Source: Candidatus Absconditicoccus praedator (GTDB lineage Bacteria > Patescibacteriota > Gracilibacteria > Absconditabacterales > Absconditicoccaceae). Taken from it: a stretch of 32,000 nt of DNA. Position 1 is the stretch's first letter. Every line of letters begins with the position of its first letter. The stretch spans positions 1,050,001-1,082,000 of the forward strand of contig NZ_CP054059.1 of the NCBI RefSeq assembly GCF_021057185.1, read 5' to 3'. This document shows, piece after piece, positions 31,654-32,000 of the stretch. The notes under the pieces are model-generated. The model was given only the letters and a program-made list of their open reading frames with translations, searched no databases and was not told where the DNA came from. Position numbers and translations under genes: made by a program.

Positions 31654-32000
31654 ATGACATTACAAGAAATAACTCCAGATTTTGTACCATGAGCTAGAAT
31701 AAAAGTAGTTTGAGTATGATGAGGTGGTTCTAATAGTTTGAATAGAATGATTCAAGAATGAATAGAATGAGTTGAATTTATATGAGTAAATACTGATGCT
31801 CAAGCATTATCAGGTTCTTTTGCAGAGCATAAAGTTAATATATGACTAAATCTTACAAGATGACTTTGAGCTTGAGCTAATGCTGATGTTTGAAGAAAGG
31901 CTGCAGAAGAAAATATTGATGAAATAAAAAAACTTCTTCAAGATACAGATATGCTATTTGTGACTGCAGGTATGTGATGAGGTACAGGTACTTGAGCAAC
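31654..32000 (+). CDS. ftsZ: Cell division GTPase FtsZ (3' end beyond the window)
   Basis: GVGGGGSN is written TGA-GTA-TGA-TGA-GGT-GGT-TCT-AAT at 31711-31734. NTDAQAL is present. The tubulin signature GMGGGTGTGA is written GGT-ATG-TGA-TGA-GGT-ACA-GGT-ACT-TGA-GCA at 31969-31998. Confidence 0.95.

Noticed and set aside
1-32000. Massive pseudogenisation or gene decay as the reason for the fragmentary ORF track
   Set aside because: Every interruption is TGA and never TAA/TAG or a frameshift, apart from two A7 tracts in one gene. The TGAs sit on conserved Gly positions. Random decay would not produce this pattern.
1-32000. TGA=Trp (table 4, Mycoplasma/Spiroplasma type) or TGA=selenocysteine
   Set aside because: TGA occupies invariant Gly positions of P-loops and the FtsZ tubulin signature, while conserved Trp positions use TGG. 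TGA is also far too frequent (up to about 18 per gene) for Sec, and there is no SECIS-like context.
1-32000. CRISPR arrays, tRNA/rRNA genes, IS elements, integrases or long direct or inverted repeats
   Set aside because: None was seen. The intergenic regions are short (mostly under 230 nt), extremely AT-rich and unstructured, apart from the two hairpins reported. No transposase or recombinase motifs appear in any table-25 translation.

Overview
This very AT-rich, gene-dense bacterial chromosome segment is only interpretable if in-frame TGA is read as glycine. That is translation table 25, known from Absconditabacteria/SR1 and Gracilibacteria. The supplied six-frame track used the standard code, so it cuts nearly every real gene into short pieces and adds antisense artefacts. 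Retranslating by hand with TGA=Gly and stops limited to TAA/TAG gives 34 tightly packed CDSs, covering roughly 90% or more of the window. Housekeeping genes are murA, valS, rpoD, proS, ilvE, rlmH, dnaB, uppS, dnaN, ftsA and ftsZ (3' truncated). Type IV pilus parts are pilT and a pilin-like protein. Oxidative-stress genes are an Fe/Mn SOD and a 2-Cys peroxiredoxin. Envelope genes include PAP2, DedA, DUF360, DUF1294 and LapA-like proteins, and there are several lineage-specific proteins. The most unusual items are: (1) the recoding itself, with TGA as the majority Gly codon; (2) a protein of at least 863 aa ending in a HicA-type toxin domain with no HicB nearby; (3) a MiaB/MtaB-family methylthiotransferase that needs two -1 shifts, both at A7 tracts; (4) small genes whose former TGA stops now read through into a terminator hairpin or a convergent gene; (5) a pilT / cNMP-binding / anchored-protein operon with overlapping frames. 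I found no rRNA, tRNA, CRISPR array or IS element. All coordinates and counts come from manual reading, and no database search was possible.
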